64,000 nucleotides of DNA from Ramazzottius varieornatus (lineage: Eukaryota > Animalia > Tardigrada): positions 3,629,777-3,693,776 of the forward strand of contig BDGG01000004.1 in assembly GCA_001949185.1 (NCBI GenBank), in the 5' to 3' direction. Of this stretch, positions 13,586-26,539 are shown in pieces. Both the position numbers and the translations under genes were made by a program. How positions within the stretch are numbered: the stretch's first letter is position 1; every line of letters begins with the position of its first letter. Under the pieces are notes generated by a model. That model made no database searches. It was given only the letters and a program-made list of their open reading frames with translations, and was not told the DNA's origin.

Positions 13586-14112
13586 AAACTCTGGGAAAGT
13601 CTGAATGGTGATAGATCTGTGGTAATTAATATCAGTGTCAAGTCATTGATAGTCCACCAGCTGTTTAGCACGGTAATACCAGCTCTATGGGAAATAAAAA
13701 TGAGGGCTAATCGACGACCGAAACACTAGAGTTTTCGTGACGTTGATACGGTGTGATTGATCACGGTTTGATGCGGCATTGCATCAGACTGAGAGCTGTT
13801 GGTTTTCACAACGTGCGCGACGCGTTGCTGCATACACTTTGACATGTCAGCGCACCTGGGGCGTGCAGTTACTGCGCACTGGTGCTTGTACGGTGTGTAT
13901 ATGTGGGTGTTGCTCCCATGCTGTGAAGCCTGAGTTCTCATCATGCGCAACACAGTTTAGTTTTTACTTAGGTTGCGACGCCATGGTGTTCGTGGGCGAA
14001 TCTGATTACCTCCGGCCCTTACCCCAATCAGCTTTGCATGTATGTTTCCACATTACCGATGTTGCCGTGGTATGCAGCTGGGGGACTCTCAATGAATAGG
14101 CACTATCAATAG

Positions 14113-14922
14113 AGAGATTGATACGGAACTCGAGCAGAGCAACAAATCCGAGTAGCGTAAGACTTTGGCCCGTCTCATTCCTTACGCTAATCGGCTGAGG
14201 TTGAGACCCGCTACGCGATCCAGCCGCTTAGCCTAACTTCTTCGAAAGGTTTTGCAAAACCTCCATCAATTTTCATGATTAATAACGTTTTGGTAAGACG
14301 CGATGTCAAATCACACGAAGTTTCCAGCTTTGATACAGCAACAGAAAAAGTGGTTACCAGTTCCGACTGCTTAAAGCTCAAGTGAATCTTGATACGAAAA
14401 GCAACAGTTAAAGGCAATGTAAAATCCAGAAAGTAGCAAAAGCCGCAGTTAGAGACACAGTTCTCACTGTGGCAAAAGTCACAGTTGACGTTGTAGTCTC
14501 ATCGAATATTTGAAAGCCACAGTTACACCCACAATCAAGGTGAGATTTTCGTTGTTTTCTAGGTTGACAAAGTCACAGTAAAGCGTGCAGTCGTTGCTAC
14601 AGTTCGACGAATGGTTAGTAACTGACGTGAAACCCTGAAAGATGCAGTTAGAGGGCAGTTGGCACCTCGGTGTGACGTCTTGAAAGCAAATCTGAGGTTT
14701 TGATAAACTTTTGGGAAGAAATACCCACAGAAAAACTTAGTTGGAACGTTACTCGGATTTCTTACGCACTCGAGTAACAGCCCATATGCTTTACTCGGGA
14801 ATTAAGCACCGAGCACATTAGTGGGTTCAGTCGGTTGGACTCGGCCCACGTACTGTCTTTCAATTGGCTTATCCCTACGCTAATCCGATTTCTTGCTCTG
14901 CTCGAGCGCCGTATCAACCTCT
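14113..14922. mobile_element. ~810-bp MITE/foldback element with ~48-bp terminal inverted repeats
   Basis: Left end agagattgatacggaactcgagcagagcaacaaatccgagtagcgta versus reverse complement of right end agaggttgatacggcgctcgagcagagcaagaaatcggattagcgta. Internal repeated (c/g)cagtt motifs at 14400-14660 and no credible ORF. Confidence 0.8.
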
Positions 14923-15277
14923 TGAATATTAAGTCGGGGATTGAGCGATTACTGCTTGTTGTTGCCTGAATGCCTGTTCCCTGGTGGTTCTCTGACTTTC
15001 CTTACTGGCTGTGTCAGGGGAAGGAAGGATTGATTGATCGAATACTCTACCAGTGATTTGGGGTAATTATCACAGTCCCTCAAATGTCGGTCGGAAAATT
15101 TAATTTCAAGACTTCTTAATTTAGAGTTTTTCGAGTATTCGTCCTTCTTGATGTTCTGCGTTTCCTTCGATCATCTCGACCTTGATTTGATTTACCTCAT
15201 GACCTTCGCGGCAGTAGAAGAGCTGGAACCGTGAGAGATTCTGCAATACAGTGTTTGTAGAGTCTGTGTACGCGAAG

Positions 15278-16045
15278 ATGGATGCGGACGGGAGAGTGGT
15301 GGATTCGCGGATGATTGTTTTGATATTGACAGTACCATCATGCGGCAGCTCGACCGGAAGTCATCGTCTGCCGACAAGAAGAGTGCGGATCTTCTTCAAA
15401 GATGCTTTACGAAAATTCTCCGCCACGGTAAACGACTACGTCGCAGTTTTCGCGAAAGATGACGAGATGGGCGGTGGTGACGACGAGCTGATCGAGATCC
15501 CCAAGTCGATTTCTGTTGCGCCTGTAGCATTTAAGCACGTCAGCAATTGGGTCGACATACACATGGAGGAACCGTCCCTGTTCGAGCGCCCTATCCTCAG
15601 CTGGATGCGTCAGTACTGGAATTCGCGGGATGTGGCGTGGATGTTGAACATCTGTCGTCCTTTCGGATTCTCTCCAATTAGAGAAGAAGACCTGAGTACG
15701 TTAAAGAGACGCCATCCTGTGGTTTTGACGTGGGAAGGTCTTGCGCGGCTGCGGGAAGTCCATACGGCAGCTGACTACTTGGGCATACAAGTCTTGGTGG
15801 AAGGAATAGATTTTTTCTTAGAGGTCTGTCGGAAGCATACACCGATGGACCGATTCAACTGGACTCTGAATATTAACGATTACCCGAAAGACTCGTCACC
15901 TGCGACGGGATGCTCCGTTGTTTTGAACTACGCTGGCCAGCCCGTATTCCTTCGAGTTCCAGCCATCGTGCAGATGAATCTCGGACATAACATGCCTCCC
16001 AGCATAGCGAAGTCGGATTTAATGATGGTGACTCTTTCCCAGTGA
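15278..16045 (+). CDS. Divergent intronless SKP1-like (Skp1/BTB-POZ) protein
   Basis: Colinear SKP1 motifs: KFSATVNDYV (KQSVTIKTML), DDEMGGGDDELIEIP (MDDEGDDDPVPLP), AFKHVSNWVDIHMEEP (ILKKVIQWCTHHKDDP), LREVHTAADYLGIQVLVE (LFELILAANYLDIKGLLD), KHTPMDRFNWTLNINDY (KTPEEIRKTFNIKNDF). Confidence 0.75.
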   Translation: MDADGRVVDSRMIVLILTVPSCGSSTGSHRLPTRRVRIFFKDALRKFSATVNDYVAVFAKDDEMGGGDDELIEIPKSISVAPVAFKHVSNWVDIHMEEPSLFERPILSWMRQYWNSRDVAWMLNICRPFGFSPIREEDLSTLKRRHPVVLTWEGLARLREVHTAADYLGIQVLVEGIDFFLEVCRKHTPMDRFNWTLNINDYPKDSSPATGCSVVLNYAGQPVFLRVPAIVQMNLGHNMPPSIAKSDLMMVTLSQ

Positions 16046-16584
16046 CTGCCGTGTCCGGTGGTGTACAAGTAATAATAGACTATCAAATCGGAAATTGTTT
16101 CTCTTTTACTGTACAAAAAAAATATGTGTTGTTGGTATTCTACTTAAATGCCCTCTTTATGGTGTGCTGAACATAGATGAGACGCGCTCCGAGTACGTTT
16201 AGTTCATGATAATTTTCATGATGTTAATTTTACGTTTCGTATGGTATAATGTTTTGTCAATGCGGTCCTCCAGTGTTTTATGTCATGGTGCAGCGCAGGA
16301 GCAATAAACTAGGACTATTTCCTATCGTACTAAAACACGAAGTTGTTTACTATAATACAAGTCACCAAATTCGACATGTACGACCGAAAGATAAAACTCT
16401 GAAGCTGTATGCACCGGGAAAGAAAGCATGCAATAAAAAATCTCAAAGATCGTTGAAGCCGTGCATCACAAAACATGACTGCGCCTGCTTCGCAGAGCAT
16501 CAACGGCAGAATGTTTTCAAACAGCTGCCGCTTGTTTAGCTTGAAGAAGGCTTCATTGAGGCCTAAACCTCCAAAGCGGAACGA

Positions 16585-18677
16585 TCACGGTTGCTTGTTG
16601 AATCTTGGTTTGGTCCCTCGCTTGGACGTGACGAGCACTTTCGAGCGCATAAAACTAAGGTCGCGGAATCTTTTTATTACATCATCGATTTCTTCCGCAG
16701 ACCGGACTGTAACATTGATACCGTTCGCCGTAAGTCTGGTGATCGGAGGAATCTGACTGTATGAAGGTAAAGTCTTTGTTGCTGGAGGAGGTGCTCCGGT
16801 TGCCCAAGAGGAGCCGATGTTCCCGTTGGTCGTACTTATCGCATCGCTACTCAGACTCAGCATATCCTCAACCTCCAGACTTCGAAAGTCAGATTTACCA
16901 GTCTTCGAATCATCCGAGCCAGTCACAGTAGGTGTCTGTATGAACAGCAGGTACGGAGTTAACCGTGATGAAAATTATGGAAGAAGCTACGAAGAAAATT
17001 TGCTATCTCACGTTTTGATGAGAATCGTTGCTTGTGTTGCTACCGTCCAGTTGCACCGGGTCTTTATTACCCATGGAAAACTGCAATAAGAATATGCAAT
17101 GAAAACACTGTTCGACACTAACGAGATTTTTGGAACCCTTACTGCGCTCTGATAGTTTAGCCGTAAGGAGCTTAGGAGAGATTTCCGAATGGCCGACGAA
17201 GCCCACTGGAAGCCAAGCGCATATGTCTCATCCAAATTTTTGAGCCTATTCCACAAGTCTTCGCTACTTCTGAGAAAAGCATAACCATAAGGATAAGCGT
17301 CGGTGTAAAGCATCAACGAGGTTCGTAGCAATCCTGTGCATCATAAAGTCTTACGAAAATGGGACGGTATCGATTTGCGAATCGAGATTCAATGAAGGAA
17401 CGGGTCCTTCTTCATGTAAGTTTTCATAAAATGACGTGCTGATCGTATCCTCGAAGCTCACATCATCCTCAACCTAGAACACGACAAGCTTGACGAAACA
17501 GACTTAAGTTAAATCAGATCCTAGCCAAGTTCGTCCTAGTTTTGTAAGACATACCGGTAACATATCTACCGAGACTACAGCACTAGGAGCTGCAGGTTCG
17601 GGTTCCTCGCTGAGCCCAGGTGGTTGAGCCGAAGAAAATTCCGCGAACTCAGCCCAGTTATCTTCCTCTTCCGCATCATCGACCACAGGCTTCGTTACTG
17701 GCTCTTCGTGACCCTTCGGGCCCGCCTGCCCATGTCTTACCAGTGGAGAATCTTTCGAAGTCTGATGCAGATCGTCAGATGCCGCTGAAGGCCCTCGGAG
17801 ACTGGTCCCTTCTTCCACAGACGGTTCATCGCGAGAAGAATGGCCAGAATCGGCATCCATCCCGTTTAAAGTCGTTTCGAAAATCTGTAATTCGGAATGC
17901 GCCTGCGCGAAAGAGCTATCAGCCCAACCCCAGTCGTCCTCCTGGTCCAGTACTTGTGCGGTAGACGCGACATTCTCTAGAGAGACGCTTGGCGATCTTG
18001 CCTCTGTGTCCGGGCTAATACGTTCCGCATCGTGTGTAAAAGCTTTGGAAATAATTTCTGACTCTGCCAAGAATTCGGACGTGGTGGCGTCTGGTACACT
18101 CGGACTGCCAACATCGACATCTGGTTCAGAGCGTACTTCGTCAGTCAGGGGAATCTCAGACCTGGTCGTGAACGGTGTTTCTCCTTTCGTTGCAGAAGCC
18201 GAAACTGCAAGAAAAATTTCGAATAAAGTTCGAGCGACTGCTAGTACACACCTAAATGGTTCCATCATCCGCGCGAACTGAATGTCATTATGTTAATCTA
18301 CCTGGCGCTATATGGTTCCACGTGTTAGGTTCCTCCTGGCGTATGTCAGATACTGCCGTCGTACCGGAAGTGACGTTCCATTGGTCATCTTCTCCATCCG
18401 ATACACCAAAGATTTCACTTTCAGCATGATATGCAGGCGAAGAGCTGCCTGGATGGGACTGAGTATTGGTAACATGCTTAACTTCGGCAAATCTAACAGG
18501 TTGCTCCGGAATGCTTTCGTTCAATGTGAACGAGCGAACACTTGCGGAATCCTCTTCCGCATCCAGATTAATTCTGCTGAAATTCGTTGATATATTACCG
18601 ACGTCTGGGGGGGAATCGTGTGATTCGCTATCGTCAAACGGTGGAGGTGAGGAAGATATGCGTGGCGGAAGAAACAT
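16585..18677 (-). CDS. AFTPH: Aftiphilin (AP-1/clathrin accessory protein), multi-exon
   Basis: N-terminal PPRISSSPPPFDD, acidic WxxF motifs (DDWGWADSSF, DNWAEFAEF), the conserved block DLWNRLKNLDETYALGFQWASSAIRKSLLSSL and C-terminal FRDLSFMRSKVL. Start codon uncertain. Confidence 0.8.
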
Positions 18678-19466
18678 ATTTGCCGCGTTATCGCTTGTCA
18701 GCCTGACGATCACAATTAAAATAACGGTATACCCATCACACCTGTGCCAGAGAAGCAGAGACGATCATCCATTACTTCCATGTTATCTTCCTTGTGGTGA
18801 GGTCCCACAATCCTGCAGTGAGATACGACTGAGCACAGACATACATAAATTGTCGGACACTCTGAAGGAAGGAAATCGTAGACATCAAAATATTTTGAAA
18901 TTTTTCGTTAATTGCATAATAGAGCTTGGAAGCAATCTGGCAATTGCGAAACCAGCTTGCACCGTAGTTTGCTCTCAGTAACGTCAGGAATGATTAATCA
19001 GGCAATCAAGCGGACACATTTGTTAATACTTGTATATCGTATCGTTAAGAACATTTTACCAGATAGTCTTCTGCAATCTTCCGCACCAAGACTTGAGTCC
19101 TTACCCCGTTCTTGTTGACGTCTCCGGTCATCCTCTTCTTCCAGATTGGGGTAGTGGGGAGTGTTCAGCCTGAGCAGCACGACTATTTGAGCCTCCATCG
19201 GCGCACATCACTTGTTGGTTGCTGCTCCATCAAGGCTGAAGTGCCAGTCGCCATAACCTCCATCTTGCATGCCAGCAGCGGCCAGTGGATATCACTGAGC
19301 CAACGTCTTGCCTTGGGTAGGGCCTGGTGACAGACTGTTAAGCCCCTTCTGCATAACAGCTATTTCGCGAAGAAGATTGGTTTTTGGGGAAGCCCAAGTA
19401 GGGAACGCCGCTTTCGGGACACGCCGTATCCGGTGCTCGTTCTGATTACGCTGACGTTTCATCACC

Positions 19467-21726
19467 ATGGAGGACGCTTCGATGTCACCAGGAGGACAAC
19501 TGGCCAACCTACAGGTGAGATTTTCTTACGTGAACAACGAAAGGATATTGCATTGTGTGGAGGTTCGCTTTAAACAAGTTTGGTGCACTTACGGCCTTGT
19601 GACAGCCGTATGTAAGGTTGTACCGTATGAGTTGTCTTGCCATCACTGTTTTGTGCTTTCAGAATGGAGACAACGCTAAACAAGTGGGCAAAATCATCGC
19701 AGGACCAGGAGCCAAGAATGAGTTGCCACTCATCCTGTCTATGAATCTCACGGATAACATTACGGAAGAACAGCGATCACGTATAAGCAAGGCAAGGAAA
19801 TACGCCACTGAACAGTCCACCAAGTACGTCTTAATGAAGCAGACACTAGCCCATCAACAGCAACAGCAAAAGCATCTACAGCGACAACAAGCCTTGATGC
19901 TTATGTGCCGGTAAGAACTCGAATCTTATGCCGAAGATTCGGAACGAGACTGAATTGATGTGCGTCTACTTTTCAGGGTGTATGTCGGCAGTATCAGCTT
20001 TGAGTTGAAGGAAGAAACCATCAAAACGGCTTTCGCTCCTTATGGACCGATCCGTAGTGTCAACATGTCGTATGATCCTGTCCTGAACAAGCACAAAGGG
20101 TTTGCCTTCGTCGAATACGAGTTGCCGGAAGCAGCGCAACTGGCCTTGGAAGGAATGGGTGGCGCCATCATTGGAGGGCGCAACGTTAAGGTACAATCAA
20201 TGATCACACAAAACTTAACTTGTCTGATCAATATCGGATTTTATAAGTTCGTTTTCAGGTCGGAAGACCCAGCAACATGCCACAAGCACAGCCTTTGGTG
20301 GAGGAAGTTCTGGCGGAAGCTGCTTTGGGAACCCGAGTTTACCTGGCCAGTATTCATCCTGACATTGGAGAAGACGATCTGAAGAGGTATGTGGAGAACA
20401 TTCTTCGATTCTAGAAATCGTTTCGCCAGATGATGGTTCGTTATTTTTGCAGCGTCTTCGAAGCCTTTGGGAAGATTGTCTCAGTTCAATTAGCGCGAGT
20501 GTCTCCCGGAGGTCGCCATAAGTGAGTCCTTCCTCCTTCTTCCCGTATCTTACTTCCGAACCCTATACTAAACGAAGGATTACGCAGAGGCTATGGCCAC
20601 ATAGAATATGAAAACTTCCAGAGTGCGCAAGACAGCATTGCGTCAATGAATATGTTTGATTTAGGTGGAATGCTGCTCAGAGTTGGCAAGGTTGGTCGTT
20701 ATTTTTATTGTGTTATACTTACTGCATCAAGTTGTAACCTCCACCTCGGCAGCGTTAATTTGTTTTTTTCGTTTATTGCAGGCCATCATGCCACCCAACA
20801 CTTCCATCCAGTCCATGGCACTCACACCGGGAGGATTACCAACAGCATCGGCAGTAGCAGCTGCCGCAGTCACGGCTAAATTACAGGCACTGGAGGCTGT
20901 CTCGGTAAGCTAACACCTTTTCGATTTCAGCATACTGATTGGTGCTTACTTTTGACTTGGAATATGAGAGTATTGATTGCAGAGTTCTCCGCCCGCGAGA
21001 GTGAGAAGCATAACGCCACCTCCGCCTGTCAGTGTCAACATTCCGCCTCCTGGCTTTGCCATTGCACCTCCGCCGATCGGTGTGGTCATACCGAAAGGTG
21101 CGATGCGATCGGACGAGAACACCAACGGAAGCAGCTCGGACAAGAAGGAGTCTAAGAAACGAGAGCTTTCGCCTGCGGTTGAGGAAGAGCTGCCTCAGAC
21201 ACTTCACCACCAGGAAAATGTGGTGATAAAAGGCAGCAGCGCTCGGCATCTCATTATGCAGAAGCTGGTTCGTCAAGACAAGGTAAGCCACTATTGTACT
21301 ACGTTCTTTGTAGATCACCTGTCTGATGGTATGTTGTGCGCCCTTTAGACCAGTGTGGTGGTTCTTCGAAATATGGTAACTCCGGAAGAAGTGGATGATA
21401 CGCTGAAGGAGGAAATTGAAGAAGAGTGTTCACAGTACGGCACTGTGAAACATGTTGTCATCTATCAGGAAAGGGAAAACGACAGTGATGATGCACCGCA
21501 GAATGTGAAGATATTTGTCGAGTTTGAAGCACCAGATGGTATGTCTAGCGCTCTTGATTCTGTCGACTGTCGCACGTTGATAATGTATTTAACGCTTGTT
21601 TTTGTTATCTCTTCAGGTGCGGAAAACGCCAAGAAAGGCCTTAATGGACGGTTCTTCGCTGGGCGAGTCGTGAAGGCGGACATCTACGACAGAGACCTGT
21701 TCGAGTACCAGGACTATTCGGCTTGA
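19467..21726 (+). CDS. PUF60: Poly(U)-binding splicing factor PUF60/Half pint, multi-exon
   Basis: [71 protein letters not shown] and the C-terminal UHM VVLRNMV...[13 protein letters not shown]. Confidence 0.96.
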
Positions 21727-22305
21727 GAAGACTTTCCGAACGAATGGTGATCCTTCGTGGAACGAAGAAGACTGACAATAATTATTGTCACGGTTTGGCA
21801 GTTTGAAATTGGTCGATATGAAGCTCTTTTTTTCTTTGACGAATTTTGCTTAGTGTACGAGTAGCCATTCTGTGAGCGATCGGACTTGCGTACTGTATTC
21901 AGCCGTTAGGATATGACTTGTTATTTTATTATATTTGTAGTAGCAGTCAACTGAACCTCAACATCACTCTTTGTTGTTTGTGAAAAGCTGACAGTGCCGA
22001 ATCAGAACCCACCTCATTGAAGAGTGTTCACACCGTACGAGTAAGTACTTTAGGAAATATGTAACAGTCTAAATGTGTCGTTCGACGGACACTTGTGACA
22101 AATTCATTAGCGAGTGTGGACAGCGAAGGCTTGCCAGTCGACTCATACAGGTGAAACCGGTTTCTTGTTCATTTCATTGTAGCGCCTCGGGACGTCTAGA
22201 TTGTGTGTTTTGGTACTTTCGACTGATGAGCAGTGTCCGACGGATTTAACCGTGATAATCTCCGTCAGTCTTTCATCAAAGATTTCAGCCTCCTTGGACG
22301 AAATC

Positions 22306-25300
22306 ATGGCGATTTCTTTGCCGGCTGTCGCACGGCTGAAATTACTGTCGTCACCTGCGGAAATCCCAGGTTTGTGGACGAGACTTTCGGATCGATAAAC
22401 CCCTGATATCATTCGAGCTGCCGTACTTCCTTGTTCGTTTAGGTTATCCGGAACAAGACCGTGGGAACTCTCGTGTGAATTTGGCCCAGTTAGAAGTGAG
22501 TACTGATTTAACTCGCTATGGGAAAAAGGGCGGTTTTGCTGATCCGCGTAAAGTGTCTCGGATTATAGACAACACTATACGTTTCTGCTGATTGTAGGTT
22601 CTTTTGCGAACGTCGAAGGTGCTGGGCTGCCAGTGGACACCGGGACGTTCGGAGCTGAAAGTGAGTTCTTGCAGTCTTCTGGTTCTCACGAGCGTTGTTT
22701 TTTGTCTGTATTGCAGGCGTTGTTACAGTCCTGCGTACAAATCATAATGTCCTTCGACGAAAATTCACTCGGTGAAATTTCCAGCTACCGGGTTGACCAG
22801 TCTTTCAGCGCTTGCGCGAAGAAAAAGATAGCGATCGCATGTGCTTTGTCTCAGTTCATCACAGTGGTGGCCTTCTCATCTACTGAACTTGCAACGTGTT
22901 GCGCCGTGAGTTCTGACGAAGGGCCAGGTGCACCTCAGGTACGCTTTACCGATGTCAGGCCGGATCGAAGACCAAAATTGAGACACTGAGGATTGAAGAC
23001 GTAACTTCCATCTCTTTAGGTTCATTGTCAGAGGAGGATTGTCAGCCTGAACGCAGGGGACTACGATGCACATCTTCGGCTCAACTCCGGAAGTGACTTG
23101 GTGAGAAATCTTTGTGCGTTTACACAGAGTCCTCAAATTACCGATGCCGGAAAGTCGTTTACTGCGTAGTTGCTGTATTGCTTGACTCCTCGCTCCACTG
23201 CTATTGCCAAACGATGGCGCCCCAAAGCTACTGGAAGACCGGAATGGATGGTCTTTGTTTATGCATGCTCCACCTCTCGATCGAAGCCTTTACAAAGGCT
23301 GCACAAACTCCGGGGATCCGAACGACAGAAAGTCTTTGACATAACGTTTTCGTAAGTTCCATGTTCACACTCTAGTATTTTCCTACAACAGAGCAGAATT
23401 CGGAAAAAAGCCACCTTCTTTTCTTCGTTTCTTTCAGGGTCGACGGTATGAACATCTTTACACTGTTCATCTACCAAGACTACCCGGAATCCCTGACAAT
23501 CCAACGTCATGTCGTCGAGAAGCACGCGCTGCGCCTAATATCGTCCAATGTCTTCGCACTTCCGGGTATGAGAAAAGCTTCTGAAGTTACAGTCTTACAG
23601 ATGAACTTGGACTGATTTCTGAATCGAACTTATTAAATAGTACTTGAAATCCGTGATAAATGGATCAAAAACTTCGGGAATTTTGTTATACACAGGAGCG
23701 ATTGTGTCTCTAACTATTCAGCCGAAAACGGGATGGGTCGCACTTGGTCTGGATGACTTCTCTTTGGTCCAGATCAGCACTTGGAGCAACGAAATTGCCC
23801 ACAGGGGTAAATCGAATGTGGTGAGTTATCTGCCGACGCTTTGGTACCGAACTCAGTGGAGAATATTCATGTTTATCCCAGATCCGAGCTAGATCATTCT
23901 AACTGTTGCAGATGCCACAGATTGTCCGGTGGAGTACCGACGGAATGGTTTTATGCGTGGCGAACTCTGAAGGGTACGTGGAACTGTACGATGCCGCTTT
24001 GCAGAACGTTTCCACTGTCCTTGTAAACGATGTCCGCGATATGGAAAGGGGTATTCGGTTGAGAACATGCTTCAAGTACGTGGTGCAACCTTTTTTGTTC
24101 CAAAAGCTGGCTAAAACTGGAACGTATTAATGGCATAGCACGACCAAATGGCGCAGCGCCCGGCTGCGGCCTGATCGCATTAGGCTTCCAGTACTATGGT
24201 TGACAATGGCAGCCTGATGTTAACACCTTATTGCCACTGTGTTAATGGTACTTGTTTCAAACAGCTCGATATCGGCTCTTGGCTCTTGCGAATGGATAAA
24301 TTTGTGTTCCTCGGGGACCAACCATTCTGCGATATCACCCTCCGCCATTTTGCTTGTTTTTGAAAGGTAGGTGAGCTGAAAACCCTTTCAGTACGAATTT
24401 TGATGTTTAGTGGTCATCTGACAATGCCGCAGGGGTCCGCTGGCGTTGTTGCAGTTCGCGGCTTCTGAACAAGGACGCCGAGGCCAGCTCTTTCCTTTGG
24501 TTCGGTATTACATTGACCTACTGAGATTCCAAGAGGTAACTATACTTTGTTCCTGGGAAAAAGCCCTTTGTACAGTTACGCAGTCTTCTATAGTGCGTAT
24601 CGTGCTTGGAGGCATCACGAAACTACTGCAATGTCGAGGAACTGATACAAGCATCCCAGCTAATACTCATTTCGATGGTTCAAAGGATCGCTCGCGTGGA
24701 CGAATCCATATGCGAGTATTTCGGTAACATTTCAGCCGACCTGAGTGTCTGGCATGGAACATACTTGAAAAGTGCCTATGCTTAGACTTGACTGAAAAGA
24801 TCCTACACTTTCTACGGCAGCCAGATTCGAGACAAGCGCAGACAGCAGCGGACACTTCCGCCATCCAGTCGTGTTACTCCCTGCTTATGCGCCGATACTT
24901 TGCCTGTCTTGTCAGGTATCGCCATCTTGTAGCCACAAGCTGGGTGGATTCTGAGTTTATATAACCTACAAACACCCTGTTGTAATCCACAGGTACAGTG
25001 CTTTCGACCGCGCCCTAGCGATGGCGGAACTGTCCAAGGACTACGAGTTCCACCAGGTACACAAGAAACACGTTCAGTTGGCGTGTTGTTTACACTTGTT
25101 CCTTTCCCTACCTTGCAGTTTTTTCTGTTAGACTCTACTGAAGAACGCTTCGCGAGTGCTGGACGAGCAACTGAAATTGCGGATAGAAAACACCGCTAGC
25201 CAGTTTATGGGAGACAAGAGCAATAGTTCGACCCTGACAAACACGACCGCTATAATGGCACAAGTATCCATCAGACCCAGCATAGTAACCATCGCCCACA

Positions 25301-25344
25301 AAGAGGACGACAACTTATCGTGGAAAGACCTGGGAGAAATTTGA
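22306..25344 (+). CDS. WDPCP: WD-repeat planar cell polarity effector Fritz/WDPCP (divergent), multi-exon
   Basis: RRLSLNA, WSTDGMVLCVANSEGYVELYDAALQ (cf. WHPSGAILLVGSNQGELQIFDMAL), RGPLALLQF and RYFACLVRYSAFDRALAMA (cf. RFFHHLLRYQRFEKAFLLA). Consistent GT-AG exon chain. Confidence 0.72.
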
Positions 25345-25517
25345 GATGCACTGATTGCTTTACTCGAAAACACTTGAAATTTTTCATGCGCGACAAAGGC
25401 ATGTCAGTATTTTGGTTCAGCAGTTGGCCGTATTTCGAGCTCAAAGACCAAAATGGGGGTCCGCATGTTTACGACATCCAACAGTATTAAAATCGTCGTA
25501 CAAATACCACACAAGGA

Positions 25518-26539
25518 TCAGAAACAAGAGACACTGCTAATATTTCTTTCAGCAAAGTAGCGATGCCGTTTATCTTCTTTGGCAGGACCTGTAAGCGATG
25601 AAATTTGTCGTTTGAAGAACTGTGTGATGGCAGGCGTCCCCGACTCATCTTCCACTAGCACTTCTTCCCACTTGACCGCCACCGCGCTTTCCAATGCTTT
25701 AGTTGTCGTCGCCCAGCTGAAGCGGATCAACTGTGGATAACCAAACACTGGATCACAGTAGTCTTCCAAGAACCTTTTCGTAGCTGGGTCCCCCGGATAG
25801 CCACTCCCATAGGCCACCTCCGCTGGGAACCTACTGCCTTCCTTGAACCGCCATTCTTTTAGAGCTTGATCCCGACAGACTTTGGCCACTACACTGGCTG
25901 CACTAACGACAGGAAACAACGAATCGGCCTTTTTGGAAACGGTAATCATGGGTATGGTGGGAAAGCGCTCTTTGAGTTTGGCTTGGTACTTGTCCGGATC
26001 TCCGACTGTGTCAACAAAGACCGCACTGATCTTGACACCCATGTCTCGGACGGACTGAATGAGGAACATCGCTGAATCGTGCGAGATGGCGTTCAGGTTG
26101 TATTTACAGCGGCTAAGCATGGAACGTGAGATGCGGGAAGGGGAAAGGATCTGAGCGATCCAGCCGAATGTGTCAGCTGATTCTTGGATCTTCTCGAAGC
26201 AGGCGTCTCTTTGCTCTTCGTTTAGCGTCTTGGAATCTGCGACCTTCAATGAACTGAGCAGCGACTGGTCCTGCGATGCCACGTAGCATGCTCCGTACAC
26301 CATCGGACCCAGCACTGGTCCACGACCTAATAAAATCAAAAATTAACGATCCAGCGATAACGAACTACCTCTGTTAGCAAGTCAGAGCTTCCGAGCTATG
26401 TCGGACACAGAGTGACATGATACTGCCTACCTGCTTCGTCTATGCCCATGATCACTTGTTGTCGTTCCACTCTTGAAGGCGTCACGGACTTGAGAACGAA
26501 GTTTTCTCCATTGTTGAGGTGGAAATGTTTGAGGTCCAT
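25518..26539 (-). CDS. RNASEH2A: Ribonuclease H2 catalytic subunit A
   Basis: Spliced MGIDEAG/RGPVLGPMVY, VADSKTL, VFVDTVG, KADSLFPVVSAASVVAKV, YGSGYPGDPAT and IRFSWAT. Confidence 0.96.

Noticed and set aside
12899-13729. ORFs rich in I/D/Y/R (e.g. 12899-13249, 13330-13545)
   Set aside because: They are translations of the CGATA repeat arms, not protein-like, and have no splice context.
12985-14660. CRISPR-like appearance of short repeated motifs
   Set aside because: No constant-length repeat-spacer periodicity, no cas genes, and the context is eukaryotic.
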